In this document: piece by piece, positions 22,372-31,572 of the stretch
How positions within the stretch are numbered: the first letter of the stretch is position 1
Layout: every line of letters starts with the position of its first letter
Assembly: GCF_000022265.1 (NCBI RefSeq)
Contig: NC_011979.1
Location: 2,700,001 to 2,732,000, forward strand
Direction of reading: 5' to 3'
DNA from: Geotalea daltonii FRC-32
GTDB lineage: Bacteria; Desulfobacterota; Desulfuromonadia; Geobacterales; Geobacteraceae
Length of the DNA: 32,000 nucleotides
Notes under the pieces: generated by a model
Databases searched by the model: none
What the model was told of the DNA's origin: nothing
What the model saw: the letters and a program-made list of their open reading frames with translations, nothing else
Program-made: the position numbers and the translations under genes

Positions 22372-22824
22372 TCAGCTTTTCGAATCTCCCTCCGGCGTTA
22401 TCATGATTCGTCCATAGGTCCACGACCAGTATCTTTCAGCATAGTCAGGGAGGTGATAGCGATATTCCAGCCTGATGTTTCTGGCGTTCATGGACAGATT
22501 GCCGGGAAGCGTCAGGTTGAATTGTTGCGACTGGTCCAGGGCGAGGCTGGCGGGACCGATGAAAACCGCCTCATTTCCTGACGGTTTGCCGTTTTCATCA
22601 AGAACAACCGCGAAGAGCTGTAACTGATAAATCTTGTGGTGGAGGTTGTTCCTGGCTAACCCTTTGATGGCGAGGTTGCCGGGTACCTGCTTGATTTCCA
22701 AGGAAAACGACACATCACGATTCTGATCTCCTGCCACGGTGGACGCCGTGGCGATGTTTGGTGTACAGACGGCAAATGCAGGGATCATGATAAAAAGTGC
22801 GATGAGAGTTTTTTTCCAGTTCAT
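22372..22824 (-). CDS. Hypothetical secreted protein or lipoprotein (150 aa)
   Basis: AAAGGAGA RBS on the minus strand. Signal peptide MNWKKTLIALFIMIPAFAVC. I recognise no family. Confidence 0.6.
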   Translation of the reverse strand: MNWKKTLIALFIMIPAFAVCTPNIATASTVAGDQNRDVSFSLEIKQVPGNLAIKGLARNNLHHKIYQLQLFAVVLDENGKPSGNEAVFIGPASLALDQSQQFNLTLPGNLSMNARNIRLEYRYHLPDYAERYWSWTYGRIMITPEGDSKS

Positions 22825-22929
22825 GGCGCCATCTCCTTTCGTTTATTTTACTCCTTTGAAGCCCAGTCTATCCCCCATTTGTCTCAAGTCAATATCCTTA
22901 AGTGCATATAACTCCTTAATTTTATTTGA

Positions 22930-22954
22930 ATTATCTATTGATCAACTAGACAGA
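22930..22954. promoter_or_regulatory. Degenerate copy of the 9-7-9 operator in the divergent intergenic region
   Basis: ATTATCTAT-TGATCAA-CTAGACAGA keeps the TCTAT-N7-nTAGAC core of the sites at 459-485 and 2684-2708. Confidence 0.4.
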
Positions 22955-22982
22955 TGGTCTCCTGAACATTAAAAAAATTCTG

Positions 22983-23040
22983 TTGACCGGAAGGAATGGT
23001 TGCTGTATAAAAGAATAAAACTATAGATTAAGTAGTCTAA
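22983..23040 (+). promoter_or_regulatory. Sigma70-type promoter of the cbiM operon followed by operator-like half sites
   Basis: -35 TTGACC (22983-22988), 17-nt spacer, -10 TATAAA (23006-23011). ATAGATTAA (23023-23031) and TAGTCTAA (23033-23040) resemble operator arms but in an everted arrangement. Confidence 0.5.
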
Positions 23041-23041
23041 T

Positions 23042-23100
23042 TGCTGACCAGACAACTGGAGGCCAAAGATAGTGAATATCTTTGGCCTTTTTTTGTTTTT
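23042..23100 (+). terminator. Leader hairpin module copy B: small hairpin plus terminator-like stem and T-run, between promoter and cbiM
   Basis: TGCTGACCAGACAACTGGAGGCC (CCAG-acaa-CTGG). Stem GGCCAAAGATA (23061-23071) / TATCTTTGGCC (23077-23087) with a 5-nt loop, then T7-G-T5. The leader contains no ATG. Confidence 0.55.
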
Positions 23101-23138
23101 GGCGAAAGCGAAAACAGTATTCCCGGGAGTAAATGAAT

Positions 23139-24167
23139 ATGCATATGGCTGATGCTTTGGTCTCACCCGCAGTGGGTGGGACAACATGGCTGGTAACGGC
23201 AGGAGCCATAGCCCATGCGGCCCGCAGGTTGGGTAGAGATGCTGACGAGCGAATCGTACCACTCATGGGGGCACTGGGAGCCTTTGTGTTCACGGTGCAG
23301 ATGATAAACTTTTCCATTCCCGGAACCGGTTCCAGTGGGCACTTGGTAGGTGGGGTTCTCCTTGCGGCACTTCTGGGCCCTCACGGCGCGTTTCTTGCCA
23401 TTGCGTCCATCCTGGTGGTGCAGGCCCTGGTTTTTGCCGACGGCGGCCTTTTGTCCCTTGGCTGTAATATTCTCAATCTGGGGTTTATCCCATCTTACCT
23501 GGCGTATCCCTTCATCTATAAAAGCATCGCTTACGGCTTTCCAGGACGGAGCAGGATTGCACTTGCGGCTGTTGCAGCCGCAGTGTTCAGCCTCGTGCTG
23601 GGGGCACTGGCAGTGGTAGTGGAAACGTCCCTATCCCAGGTGTCTGCGCTTCCATTCCTCCCCTTCATTGCCCTCATGCTCCCGGTCCATCTGGCAATCG
23701 GCGTCGTCGAAGGCATGGTGACGGCCGCGCTCCTCTCCTGGCTTCTGCAGGCCCGCCCCGACCTGATGCGTTCCGATCGTTTCCATACATCCTTCGGCCT
23801 ACCGCTTTCACGCCGGTTGCTGATGCCCGTTCTTGGCGCCACCATCATCATCGGCGGGGTCCTGTTCCGCCACGGGTCGGAACGTCCCGACGGGCTGGAA
23901 TGGGCTATGGCCAAGGTGGCCGGGCAAAAAGAACTGCAGGGGAAGGACGGGGACATGCACCGGGCCTTTGCCCGGATTCAGGAGAAGACAGCTCTCTTTC
24001 CCGGATACACAATCGGTAGCCATCCGGCCACAGGGCATGGAATTGGGGGGAATGGTGACACGGAGAAGAAAGGAGATGGGGCGGCAGGCGTTGTCGGTGG
24101 CGCCATAACCCTCATCGCCATCTTTTCCGTCGGTGTGATCGTTAACCGCCGCAGGTGCGACAGGTAA
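23139..24167 (+). CDS. cbiM: CbiM/NikM-family ECF transporter substrate-capture component fused to a C-terminal PDGLE domain
   Basis: The N-terminus MHMADALVSPAVGG fits the family, which needs an N-terminal Met-His. I therefore prefer ATG 23139 (9 nt after GGGAG) over ATG 23133. There are multiple TM helices, and the C-terminal ..SERPDGLEWAMAK.. is the PDGLE motif that replaces CbiN/NikN. Confidence 0.8.
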   Translation: MHMADALVSPAVGGTTWLVTAGAIAHAARRLGRDADERIVPLMGALGAFVFTVQMINFSIPGTGSSGHLVGGVLLAALLGPHGAFLAIASILVVQALVFADGGLLSLGCNILNLGFIPSYLAYPFIYKSIAYGFPGRSRIALAAVAAAVFSLVLGALAVVVETSLSQVSALPFLPFIALMLPVHLAIGVVEGMVTAALLSWLLQARPDLMRSDRFHTSFGLPLSRRLLMPVLGATIIIGGVLFRHGSERPDGLEWAMAKVAGQKELQGKDGDMHRAFARIQEKTALFPGYTIGSHPATGHGIGGNGDTEKKGDGAAGVVGGAITLIAIFSVGVIVNRRRCDR

Positions 24168-24218
24168 CCTTTCTGCCGGGCCGGCAGAGGCTCGACACCT
24201 TATGGGAGAATGACAGAC

Positions 24219-25040
24219 ATGGGCACCATGTTGCGCCTCGAAAAACATTTGGCCGATCTGAAACAGCTGGACCTGCTTGGAGGCATGGATTCGCCGGTCC
24301 ATCGTCTCGACTCGCGCGCCAAGCTGATCACCGTGCTCGTCTTTCTCGTCTGCCTGCTCTCTTTCGATCGATACGAAGTGGCGGCGCTGCTCCCGTACCT
24401 GCTTTTCCCGATTGCGATTGCTGCCCTGGGAAATATTTCCCCGGCCCACATTTACCCACGGCTCCTGTTATTTTTGCCCTTTGCCCTTCTGGCAGGGGGA
24501 CTCAATCCGCTCTTCGACCGCCAGGTAATCGTCACCATCGGCACCGTTCCCATCTCCGGCGGATGCCTGTCCTTCATATCCATCCTGCTGCGTTTCGTTC
24601 TCACACTGGGGGTGGTGCTGCTGCTCATTGCCACAACCGGCTTCAACGACATCTGCGCTTCCCTGGAGCGACTGGGAATGCCGCGCCCCTTTGCCGTGCA
24701 ACTCCTCTTCCTCTACCGGTACATTTTCGTCCTGGGCGAGGAAGGGCTGAGAATGGTGCGGGCATGGGAACTACGGGCATTGCATGGCGGTAACATGAAG
24801 GCGAAAGTATTCGGGTCGCTGGTGGGACACCTGTTGCTGCGGACCTTCGACCGTGCCCGGCGGATTCACCTGGCCATGCTTTCCCGGGGGTTCCATGGAA
24901 GGTTTCACGTGCACAAGCGGCAGGAATTCGGTCGGCGGGAGGCGGGCTACGTGGCGGGGTGGTCTCTTTTCTTCGTCGCATGCCGCCTCTGGAATCTTCC
25001 CTTTCTTGTGGGGAGCATCGTCACCGGAGGGCTGCCGTGA
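24219..25040 (+). CDS. cbiQ: ECF transporter transmembrane (T) component, CbiQ family
   Basis: Hydrophobic protein of ~273 aa with HRLDSRAKL near the N-terminus and the ARG-type coupling region (..RAWELRAL.. / RARRIHLAMLSRGF). The start is ambiguous: ATG 24219 lies 9 nt after GGGAGA, and ATG 24210 is the alternative. Confidence 0.8.
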   Translation: MGTMLRLEKHLADLKQLDLLGGMDSPVHRLDSRAKLITVLVFLVCLLSFDRYEVAALLPYLLFPIAIAALGNISPAHIYPRLLLFLPFALLAGGLNPLFDRQVIVTIGTVPISGGCLSFISILLRFVLTLGVVLLLIATTGFNDICASLERLGMPRPFAVQLLFLYRYIFVLGEEGLRMVRAWELRALHGGNMKAKVFGSLVGHLLLRTFDRARRIHLAMLSRGFHGRFHVHKRQEFGRREAGYVAGWSLFFVACRLWNLPFLVGSIVTGGLP

Positions 25041-25795
25041 GTCATCATCTTGTGGAAGTGTCAGAGCTTGTTCACCACTATCCGGACGGCACGCCGGCAC
25101 TGCGCGGCATATCCTTCCGTATTTGCCATGGGGAGTCGGTGGCGGTGGTCGGCGCAAACGGTGCTGGTAAATCGACGCTGCTCCTCCATCTCAACGGTTA
25201 TCTCGCCCCCACCTCGGGAACGGTGCGCATTGGGGACTTTCCCATGAATGACGAGACGGTGCGGGAAATCCGCCGCACCGTGGGAATGGTCTTCCAGGAC
25301 CCCGACGACCAGCTCTTCATGCCGACGGTGTACGACGACGTCGCCTTCGGCCCGCGGAACCTGGGTTTTCCAGACTACGAGGTGGAGCGGCGGGTGACTG
25401 CGGCGCTTGAGAAGGTGGGAGCCGGGCACCTGAAGGGGAAGCCCCCCTATCACCTCTCCGGCGGGGAAAAGAGGCGGGTTGCAATTGCCACGGTCCTTTC
25501 CATGGAACCGGCTATTCTCGTCATGGATGAGCCGACCACCGGCCTCGATCCCTTTGCCCGCCGGCAACTGATCTCTCTGGTGCGGGAATTCGAACACACG
25601 AGAATCATCGTCACCCACGACCTGGATCTGGTTGCCACCCTTTGCGAGCGGATCATCGTCCTCAAGGACGGGACCATCGCGGCCGACGGCCCGGCCGGCG
25701 AGATTTTCCGTGACGGCAAGCTGCTCGCTTCCTGCCGTCTCGAACAGCCCCTCTCCATGCAAGGCTGCCCCCGCTGTGGCGGCATGGCAGGATGA
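25037..25795 (+). CDS. cbiO: ECF transporter ATPase (A) component, CbiO family
   Basis: GTG 25037 overlaps the cbiQ stop (GTGA). Walker [11 protein letters not shown]-loop, signature [12 protein letters not shown], Walker B ILVMDEPT. The ORF-track start at 24959 is rejected. Confidence 0.9.
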   Translation: MSHHLVEVSELVHHYPDGTPALRGISFRICHGESVAVVGANGAGKSTLLLHLNGYLAPTSGTVRIGDFPMNDETVREIRRTVGMVFQDPDDQLFMPTVYDDVAFGPRNLGFPDYEVERRVTAALEKVGAGHLKGKPPYHLSGGEKRRVAIATVLSMEPAILVMDEPTTGLDPFARRQLISLVREFEHTRIIVTHDLDLVATLCERIIVLKDGTIAADGPAGEIFRDGKLLASCRLEQPLSMQGCPRCGGMAG

Positions 25796-25897
25796 TCGTC
25801 AAACGCTGGTGGGTTTAAATATAGTGTGCTGTCGGCTGGCTCTGCCTTGGCGAAAAATGGGGAAAATCTGGAGCCTTGGCCGACTTCGAGGTATGAG

Positions 25898-27223
25898 ATG
25901 AAACTGGGAACTGATCTGGCGAACGAAACTATCAAAATCCGGCTTGCAGCTGCGGTCATCGCCGTGTTGATCATTGGGGCAGCCATTGTGTATCTGGCTG
26001 TCCCGGCTGCCAGGAAGGCCGCTGTACCCCGTGACGGCGGCAAGGAAAAGTTGAAAGCAGCACCGGCCGTCACTTACCTCTGCCCCATGCATCCCTTCGT
26101 CACTACCCCTCGTCCTTCTGCCTGCCCCATCTGCGGCATGAACCTCGTTCTGAAGGAGGGGGCTGCGTCGGAGAAAAAGAGTGCCGATTCCGGGCAGACA
26201 CCGCCTGGTGTGACTCTAAGTTCCCAACAGCAGATCTTGGCCAATGTGGCGACCGCCCAGGTTGCCCAGCGGGAATTTTCCACCGAGACTGTAGCAGCCG
26301 GCAGGGTATCGTGGGACGAGCGGCGGTTGAACAGGGTTTCCTCACGGGTACAGGGCCGCGTAGAGCGGCTTGATGTTAATTTTACCGGTGCCCGGGTTCG
26401 CGCAGGGGAACCGCTGCTGGACATCTACTCACCAGATCTCATATCGGCCCAGAAGGAATACCTTCTTGCAATCGACGGGGCCGAGCGGGCAAAGGAAAGC
26501 CCTCTGCCCGAATCGCGATCAATGATGGAAGGGTTGCGTGACGCTTCACGTTCACGGCTGAAAGTGTGGGGGGTGTCCGATCAGCAGATTGCCGAACTTG
26601 AACGGAGCCGCCAGCCGAAAAAGGTTGTTTCCATCAAGTCGCCTGTTACAGGAGTGGTCACGGAACGCCTGGTGACAACCGGCCAGTATGTGAACGAGGG
26701 ATCACCACTTTTTTCTGTCGGATCCCTGTCCGGTGTCTGGATATTTGCCGAACTGTATGAAAATGACTTGGGCAGGATAGAGACAGGCACACCTGCCCTG
26801 GTGACTACCGAGGCATTTCCCGGAAAGGTCTTTCAGGGGAGGGTGGCTTTTGTAGACCCGGTTGTCAATCCGGAGACGCGTACCTTGAAGGTGCGAGTTG
26901 ATCTTGATAACAGGGCAGGGCTTTTGAAACCCGAGATGTTCGTCAAGGTCATACTCAAAGGGCGCAAGATCAAAGAGCTGGCGGTCCCCGAGGGAGCAGC
27001 GATCTTCAGCGGCGACCGGTCCATGGTATGGGTGGAAAGTGCCCCCGGTAAATTTTTGCCAAGGAATGTCACGCTCGGGCGTAAGGGAGACGGATACTAC
27101 CAGGTGATTTCAGGCCTTTCCGGCGGTGAATCGGTGGCAGCCTCCGGCGGTTTTCTGATTGATGCGGAGAGCCGGCTGAATGCCGTGCAATCCGGCGCCC
27201 CTGGCGAGAGTAGGCGCCAATGA
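25898..27223 (+). CDS. cusB: Heavy-metal RND periplasmic adaptor (CusB-like) with N-terminal Cys-rich metal-binding domain
   Basis: TM anchor, then [25 protein letters not shown] (CPMHP...CPxCGM domain), then the MFP barrel/lipoyl pattern. ATG 25898 is preceded by GAGG. Confidence 0.8.
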   Translation: MKLGTDLANETIKIRLAAAVIAVLIIGAAIVYLAVPAARKAAVPRDGGKEKLKAAPAVTYLCPMHPFVTTPRPSACPICGMNLVLKEGAASEKKSADSGQTPPGVTLSSQQQILANVATAQVAQREFSTETVAAGRVSWDERRLNRVSSRVQGRVERLDVNFTGARVRAGEPLLDIYSPDLISAQKEYLLAIDGAERAKESPLPESRSMMEGLRDASRSRLKVWGVSDQQIAELERSRQPKKVVSIKSPVTGVVTERLVTTGQYVNEGSPLFSVGSLSGVWIFAELYENDLGRIETGTPALVTTEAFPGKVFQGRVAFVDPVVNPETRTLKVRVDLDNRAGLLKPEMFVKVILKGRKIKELAVPEGAAIFSGDRSMVWVESAPGKFLPRNVTLGRKGDGYYQVISGLSGGESVAASGGFLIDAESRLNAVQSGAPGESRRQ

Positions 27224-30200
27224 TCTCCAGAGTCATTTCTGCCTGCCTGAATAATCGCTCCCTTACGATCCTTTGTGCATTCCTGCTCCTTATTTTCGGC
27301 TGCCTGGCCCTTGTGCGCACGCCGGTTGATGCCATACCCGATCTCTCGGACAATCAGTTGATCGTCTATACCATGTGGGAAGGCCGTTCGCCCAAAATCA
27401 TCGAGGACCAGGTTACCTATCCCCTTGCCAGCAATCTCCGGGGGCTGCCCCATGTTCGGTCGGTCCGCTCATCGACCATGTTCGGCACATCGATGATCTA
27501 TCTCATATTCGAAGACCGCGTCGATCTCAACCGGGCGCGGACACGGGTTCTGGAACGCCTCTCACAAATGGCCAGTCGCCTGCCGAAGGGAGTCACTCCC
27601 GTTCTTGGCCCGGATGGCACCGGTGTGGGGCATGTCTACTGGTATGTTATCAAGAGCCGTCGCCATAATCTGGCCGAACTGAGGGCTCTCCAGGACTGGC
27701 ATCTTCGGAGTTCCCTTGAAACGGTATCGGGCGTGGCGGAGGTAGCTTCGGTGGGAGGCTTCGTCAAGCAGTACCAGATAGACCTGGATCCGGTGAAACT
27801 GATTGCTTACAGGGTGCCGGTTCAGTCGGTGGTTCGGGCGGTATCCATGTCCAACAACGTCGTAGGTGGTGATGTCGTCGAAAAAAATTCGGCTGAGTAC
27901 CAGGTACAGGGTTCAGGATATCTGCGGAGCAAGGAAGATATCGAGAATATAGTCGTTGCCACCTCGGTTTCGGGTGTGCCGGTTTGTGTGAAGAATCTGG
28001 GTGTTGTTCAGGTCGGAGGCGGCAGCCGGCGCGGGGTGCTCGATGAGAACGGCGAGGGGGAAGTTGTCGGCGGCATCGTGGTCATGCGGTCCGGTGAAAA
28101 CGCCAAGGCAGTCATCAGCCGGATAAAGTCAAAGCTTGAAAGTCTGGAAAAGGGGTTGCCCGAGGGAGTTTCCATCGTAACTGCCTACGACAGGAGCAAC
28201 CTCATAGACCGGGCGACCGAGACGCTTAAACATGCGCTTGTGCAAGAAATCCTGCTGGTTACGCTGGTGCACATCCTTTTCCTGTGGCATTTCCGCTCAA
28301 TACTGATTGTGACCGCTCCGCTGCCCCTTGCGGTTCTCTGCTCCTTCATCGGCATGTACTATACGGGGATCAACTCCAACATCATGAGCCTGGGTGGGAT
28401 TGCCATCGCCATCGGGGTGCTGGTCGATGCGGGAATCGTCATGGCCGAGAATGTCATACGACAGGCAAGCCAGCACGGCCCAGGGTACGAGAAGGATATT
28501 CTCAAGATCACCGAAAAGGCCGCACATCAAGTTGGCCGGCCGATCTTTTTTGCTATGGCCATCATCATACTCGCCTTCGTTCCTGTTTTCGCCCTGACCG
28601 GAATTGAAGGGAAAATGTTCCATCCCCTTGCTTCAACCAAGACCTTTGCCATGATCGGCTCATCCATCCTGGCAGTGACGCTCGTGCCCGTGCTCTGTTC
28701 GCTGCTGATCAGGGGCAGGCTGCACAGGGAAGAAGAGAACAGGCTGATGAACACCCTGATGAATGTGTACAGGCCGGTGCTTTCATGGGCTCTTTCCCAC
28801 CGCCGGTTGACGGTCACTACCGCGGCTCTTCTTTTTGCCCTGGCCCTTTTCCTTGGAACTCGCATCGGCAATGAATTCATGCCCCCCCTCAACGAAGGGA
28901 GTCTGCTGTTCATGCCGGTCACCCAGCCGAACATTTCCATCAGCGAGGCAAAGCGCCTGGCAACGATACAGGACCGGATTATCAAGGCAACGCCCGAGGT
29001 TGAGTACGTTCTGGGCAAGGTCGGCCGGGCAGATACAGCCACCGATCCCTCACCCCTCTCCATGTTCGAGACTATCATTCTGCTGAAGCCCCAGGAAAAG
29101 TGGCGTCCCGGCATGACGACAGAAAAGCTGATCGGAGAGCTGAACGGGAAATTGCAGATCCCCGGAGTTGTCAATGGCTGGACAATGCCGATCATAAACA
29201 GGATCAACATGCTGTCGACCGGCGTTAGAACCGATCTCGGCCTGAAGATCTATGGCAACAGCCAGGATACCCTGTCGGAACTCTCTAAACGTGCTGCGGA
29301 ACTGATCAAACAGATTCCAGGGGCTGCAGATGTGGCTGCGGAGCAGACACAGGCCGGCGACTATCTGGAGATCGAGGTGGACCGGGAGGCGGCTGCCAGA
29401 TATGGGCTCAATGTGGAAACGGTCAATGAAACCGTCGAGACTGCACTTGGCGGGGTGGTCGTCACCAACACCATCGAGGGACGGGAACGGTTCCCCGTTC
29501 GCGTCCGGTTTCTGAAGGACCATCGGCAGGAGATAGAATCAATACGCAGGATCCGGATTCCACGGGAGTCGTTCATCCCGCGGCAGGTAACGGCTCCGCT
29601 AACGGTAACTGCTTATCAGCCGGGAATGCCTGATGGGGTGATGTCAGCCCCTATGGGAAGCAACTCTGCTTCCCCGGCAGGAGATAATGTTCCTGTTGTC
29701 TCCATGGGGAGCGGGCTGTCCGGGGGAGGTCAGGTACAACTTGGACAGATTGCCAGGATCTCTTATGCTCCCGGCCCTTCCATGATCAATGCCGAAAACT
29801 CTTTCCTCCGGTCCCTTGTGTTTCTCAACGTTCGCGGACGCGACACGGGGCGCTTTGTCGAAGAAGCAAAGGCAGCTCTGGAGAAAAATCTGAAGCTTCC
29901 GACCGGCTATTTCCTGGAATGGTCCGGGCAGTACGAGAACCAGATCCGGGCGAAGAAGACCCTGCAGCTCGTCGTGCCCCTGGTGCTTCTGATCATCTTC
30001 GTGCTGCTGGTAATGGTCTATCGCTCGGTCAAAGAGGCACTCCACGTGATTCTTGCAGTTCCTTTCGCCTTGACCGGCGGCGTCTATCTGCTCTACTTCA
30101 CCGGTTACAACTTTTCCGTCGCGGTCTGGGTAGGATTCATCGCCCTGTTCGGCACCGCGGTGCAGACCGGCGTGGTTATGGTCATCTATTTGGAGGAAGC

Positions 30201-30519
30201 GGTGGAGCGGGTTGTGAAGAGAGACTCCAGGCTGACGCGTGAGAGCCTGCACGAAGCGGTGATGGAAGGTGCATTGTTGCGCTTGAGACCCAAGCTGATG
30301 ACGGTCTCCACCATTGTGGCAGGACTTGTTCCCATCTTCTGGAGCAGCCGCACCGGCGCCGAGGTGATGAAGCCGTTGGCAACACCGGTGCTGGGAGGGA
30401 TGGTTTCTTCACTTCTCCATGTGCTCATCGTTACCCCAGTGATCTTTACCTGGCTTCGGGAGAGGGAGCTGGCGAAGCTTGACGAGGCTGCCAAGGTTGG
30501 CAAGGCCGAGGGTATCTGA
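27220..30519 (+). CDS. cusA: Heavy-metal efflux RND pump, CusA (Cu/Ag, HME4) type
   Basis: 1099 aa. The ATGA overlaps the cusB stop. TM4 reads [20 protein letters not shown], i.e. the AIGxxVDAxxVxxEN form I associate with CusA rather than the DFGxxxDGAxxxVEN of CzcA. Confidence 0.8.
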   Translation: MISRVISACLNNRSLTILCAFLLLIFGCLALVRTPVDAIPDLSDNQLIVYTMWEGRSPKIIEDQVTYPLASNLRGLPHVRSVRSSTMFGTSMIYLIFEDRVDLNRARTRVLERLSQMASRLPKGVTPVLGPDGTGVGHVYWYVIKSRRHNLAELRALQDWHLRSSLETVSGVAEVASVGGFVKQYQIDLDPVKLIAYRVPVQSVVRAVSMSNNVVGGDVVEKNSAEYQVQGSGYLRSKEDIENIVVATSVSGVPVCVKNLGVVQVGGGSRRGVLDENGEGEVVGGIVVMRSGENAKAVISRIKSKLESLEKGLPEGVSIVTAYDRSNLIDRATETLKHALVQEILLVTLVHILFLWHFRSILIVTAPLPLAVLCSFIGMYYTGINSNIMSLGGIAIAIGVLVDAGIVMAENVIRQASQHGPGYEKDILKITEKAAHQVGRPIFFAMAIIILAFVPVFALTGIEGKMFHPLASTKTFAMIGSSILAVTLVPVLCSLLIRGRLHREEENRLMNTLMNVYRPVLSWALSHRRLTVTTAALLFALALFLGTRIGNEFMPPLNEGSLLFMPVTQPNISISEAKRLATIQDRIIKATPEVEYVLGKVGRADTATDPSPLSMFETIILLKPQEKWRPGMTTEKLIGELNGKLQIPGVVNGWTMPIINRINMLSTGVRTDLGLKIYGNSQDTLSELSKRAAELIKQIPGAADVAAEQTQAGDYLEIEVDREAAARYGLNVETVNETVETALGGVVVTNTIEGRERFPVRVRFLKDHRQEIESIRRIRIPRESFIPRQVTAPLTVTAYQPGMPDGVMSAPMGSNSASPAGDNVPVVSMGSGLSGGGQVQLGQIARISYAPGPSMINAENSFLRSLVFLNVRGRDTGRFVEEAKAALEKNLKLPTGYFLEWSGQYENQIRAKKTLQLVVPLVLLIIFVLLVMVYRSVKEALHVILAVPFALTGGVYLLYFTGYNFSVAVWVGFIALFGTAVQTGVVMVIYLEEAVERVVKRDSRLTRESLHEAVMEGALLRLRPKLMTVSTIVAGLVPIFWSSRTGAEVMKPLATPVLGGMVSSLLHVLIVTPVIFTWLRERELAKLDEAAKVGKAEGI

Positions 30520-30578
30520 ACATATTACTAATCCGTTTGCCCATCCATTTTGGCACATGGGCACGGCATGAAGGGGAG

Positions 30579-30845
30579 GTGTTTGTCATCAACGGTAAGG
30601 CAATAATTTCAGTGACCATGGCACTTGCCGTGGCTGCCGCCATGGAGGCGCGGGCAAACCTGAACGGCAGGGCACTATTGGAGTCGAGATGCACCTCTTG
30701 TCACGAGGTGAAAACGGTCATTGCCATGAAAAAAACGCGGCGGCAGTGGCATGGCGTTATCGTCGACATGAGAAGAACTGGTGCAAAGGTGAGTGATGCT
30801 GAAGCAGCGGCGATAGTCAACTATCTCTCCAAACCGGGGAAGTAG
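30579..30845 (+). CDS. Small secreted CxxCH (monohaem cytochrome c-like) protein
   Basis: Signal-like segment GKAIISVTMALAVAAAMEA, then RCTSCHE (CxxCH), then ..RRQWHGVIVDMRRTGAKVSDAEAAAIVNYL. The start is uncertain (GTG 30579, TTG 30537 or ATG 30618). Confidence 0.5.
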   Translation: MFVINGKAIISVTMALAVAAAMEARANLNGRALLESRCTSCHEVKTVIAMKKTRRQWHGVIVDMRRTGAKVSDAEAAAIVNYLSKPGK

Positions 30846-30852
30846 ATCAGGT

Positions 30853-30901
30853 GGAGGTTATGGCGGGCGGCTCGGTCCCGGCGCTGCCCGCCATAACCTC
30901 C
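30853..30901. terminator. 16-bp perfect hairpin between convergent genes (no U-tract)
   Basis: GGAGGTTATGGCGGGC (30853-30868) / GCCCGCCATAACCTCC (30886-30901), 17-nt loop. Confidence 0.45.
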
Positions 30902-30918
30902 CAGTGCAGGAAAGGTCT

Positions 30919-31215
30919 TCAGCAGGAGCAGCCGGCTTTTCCCTCCTTGCGCGAGCGCTTTTCCGCCTCCCGCAGTTGTGCATTGACCCGACCGGCCGAT
31001 ACGGCCATGACCACCGCCTGGACGGCGCCGATTTCCTGGTCGGTTATTCCCTGTTCCTTGGCCACGCCAAGGTAGTAATCCATTCAGGGAGAGCAGCCAA
31101 GGGCCATTGCCGTTCCCAAGTGGATGAGAAGCGTGGTCTTGGGATCGAGGATGTCGTTGTTGCGGGCCGAGTAATAAAAATCGGCATATTTTTTCTGGTG
31201 TTGTTCGGAAAGCAT
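30919..31215 (-). CDS. AhpD/CMD-like protein with CxxU motif, candidate selenoprotein (in-frame TGA at 31084-31086)
   Basis: The minus-strand ATG at 31215 is preceded by AAGGAGGAAAC. The sequence is MLSEQHQKKYADFYYSARNNDILDPKTTLLIHLGTAMALGCSP-TGA-MDYYLGVAKEQGITDQEIGAVQAVVMAVSAGRVNAQLREAEKRSRKEGKAGCSC*. The TGA falls at the second Cys of the family's CxxC redox motif, and the CMD-domain pattern continues downstream of it. Confidence 0.6.
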
Positions 31216-31270
31216 GTTTCCTCCTTGAGGTATGGGGGATGGTGGTTTGCTAGGAGTCTGTCGGACACTC

Positions 31271-31558
31271 CTAACAGCAGCCGCTGCCGCCGAGACGGAT
31301 ATTGTGGTCCTTGAGCCATTCGTTGATGATCCCGCTGGCACAGCCTACTCCGGCATCGACCCGGATGGCATCGGCCGGACAATTCCTTTGGCAGGCTCCG
31401 CATTCCATGCAGGTATCCCGGTCCGCCATGCGTGCCCTTTTGTCCGCAAGGGTGAAGACCTGGTGCGGACAAACCTCAAGGCATCTGCCGCAGCCGATGC
31501 AGGCGGATTCGTTCAGCTCGAGGGTCGTGGCGTTTTGCAGGTATCTGAAACCTTTCAT
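31271..31558 (-). CDS. hgcB: HgcB-like 2x[4Fe-4S] ferredoxin (mercury methylation)
   Basis: 95 aa: MKGFRYLQNATTLELNESACIGCGRCLEVCPH...CMECGACQRNCP...GVGCASGIINEWL...GGSGCC*. It has two CxxCxxCxxxCP motifs, the extra conserved Cys (GVGCA) and the vicinal C-terminal CC characteristic of HgcB. AAAGGAGAAGACC RBS. The ORF-track start at 31816 is rejected. Confidence 0.75.
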   Translation of the reverse strand: MKGFRYLQNATTLELNESACIGCGRCLEVCPHQVFTLADKRARMADRDTCMECGACQRNCPADAIRVDAGVGCASGIINEWLKDHNIRLGGSGCC

Positions 31559-31572
31559 GGTCTTCTCCTTTT

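Noticed and set aside
23012-23132. Cobalamin or NiCo riboswitch upstream of cbiM
   Set aside because: The leader is only ~120 nt, and I could not find a B12-box-like core or the paired-helix architecture of the NiCo (czcD) motif. What is present is the short hairpin-plus-terminator module shared with the nifB-like leader. An Rfam scan is still needed to be sure.
30904-31472. Plus-strand ORF 30904-31314 (136 aa) and minus-strand ORF 31044-31472 (142 aa)
   Set aside because: Both overlap the AhpD-like gene and hgcB, which have strong RBSs and clear family motifs. Neither ORF has a recognisable domain.
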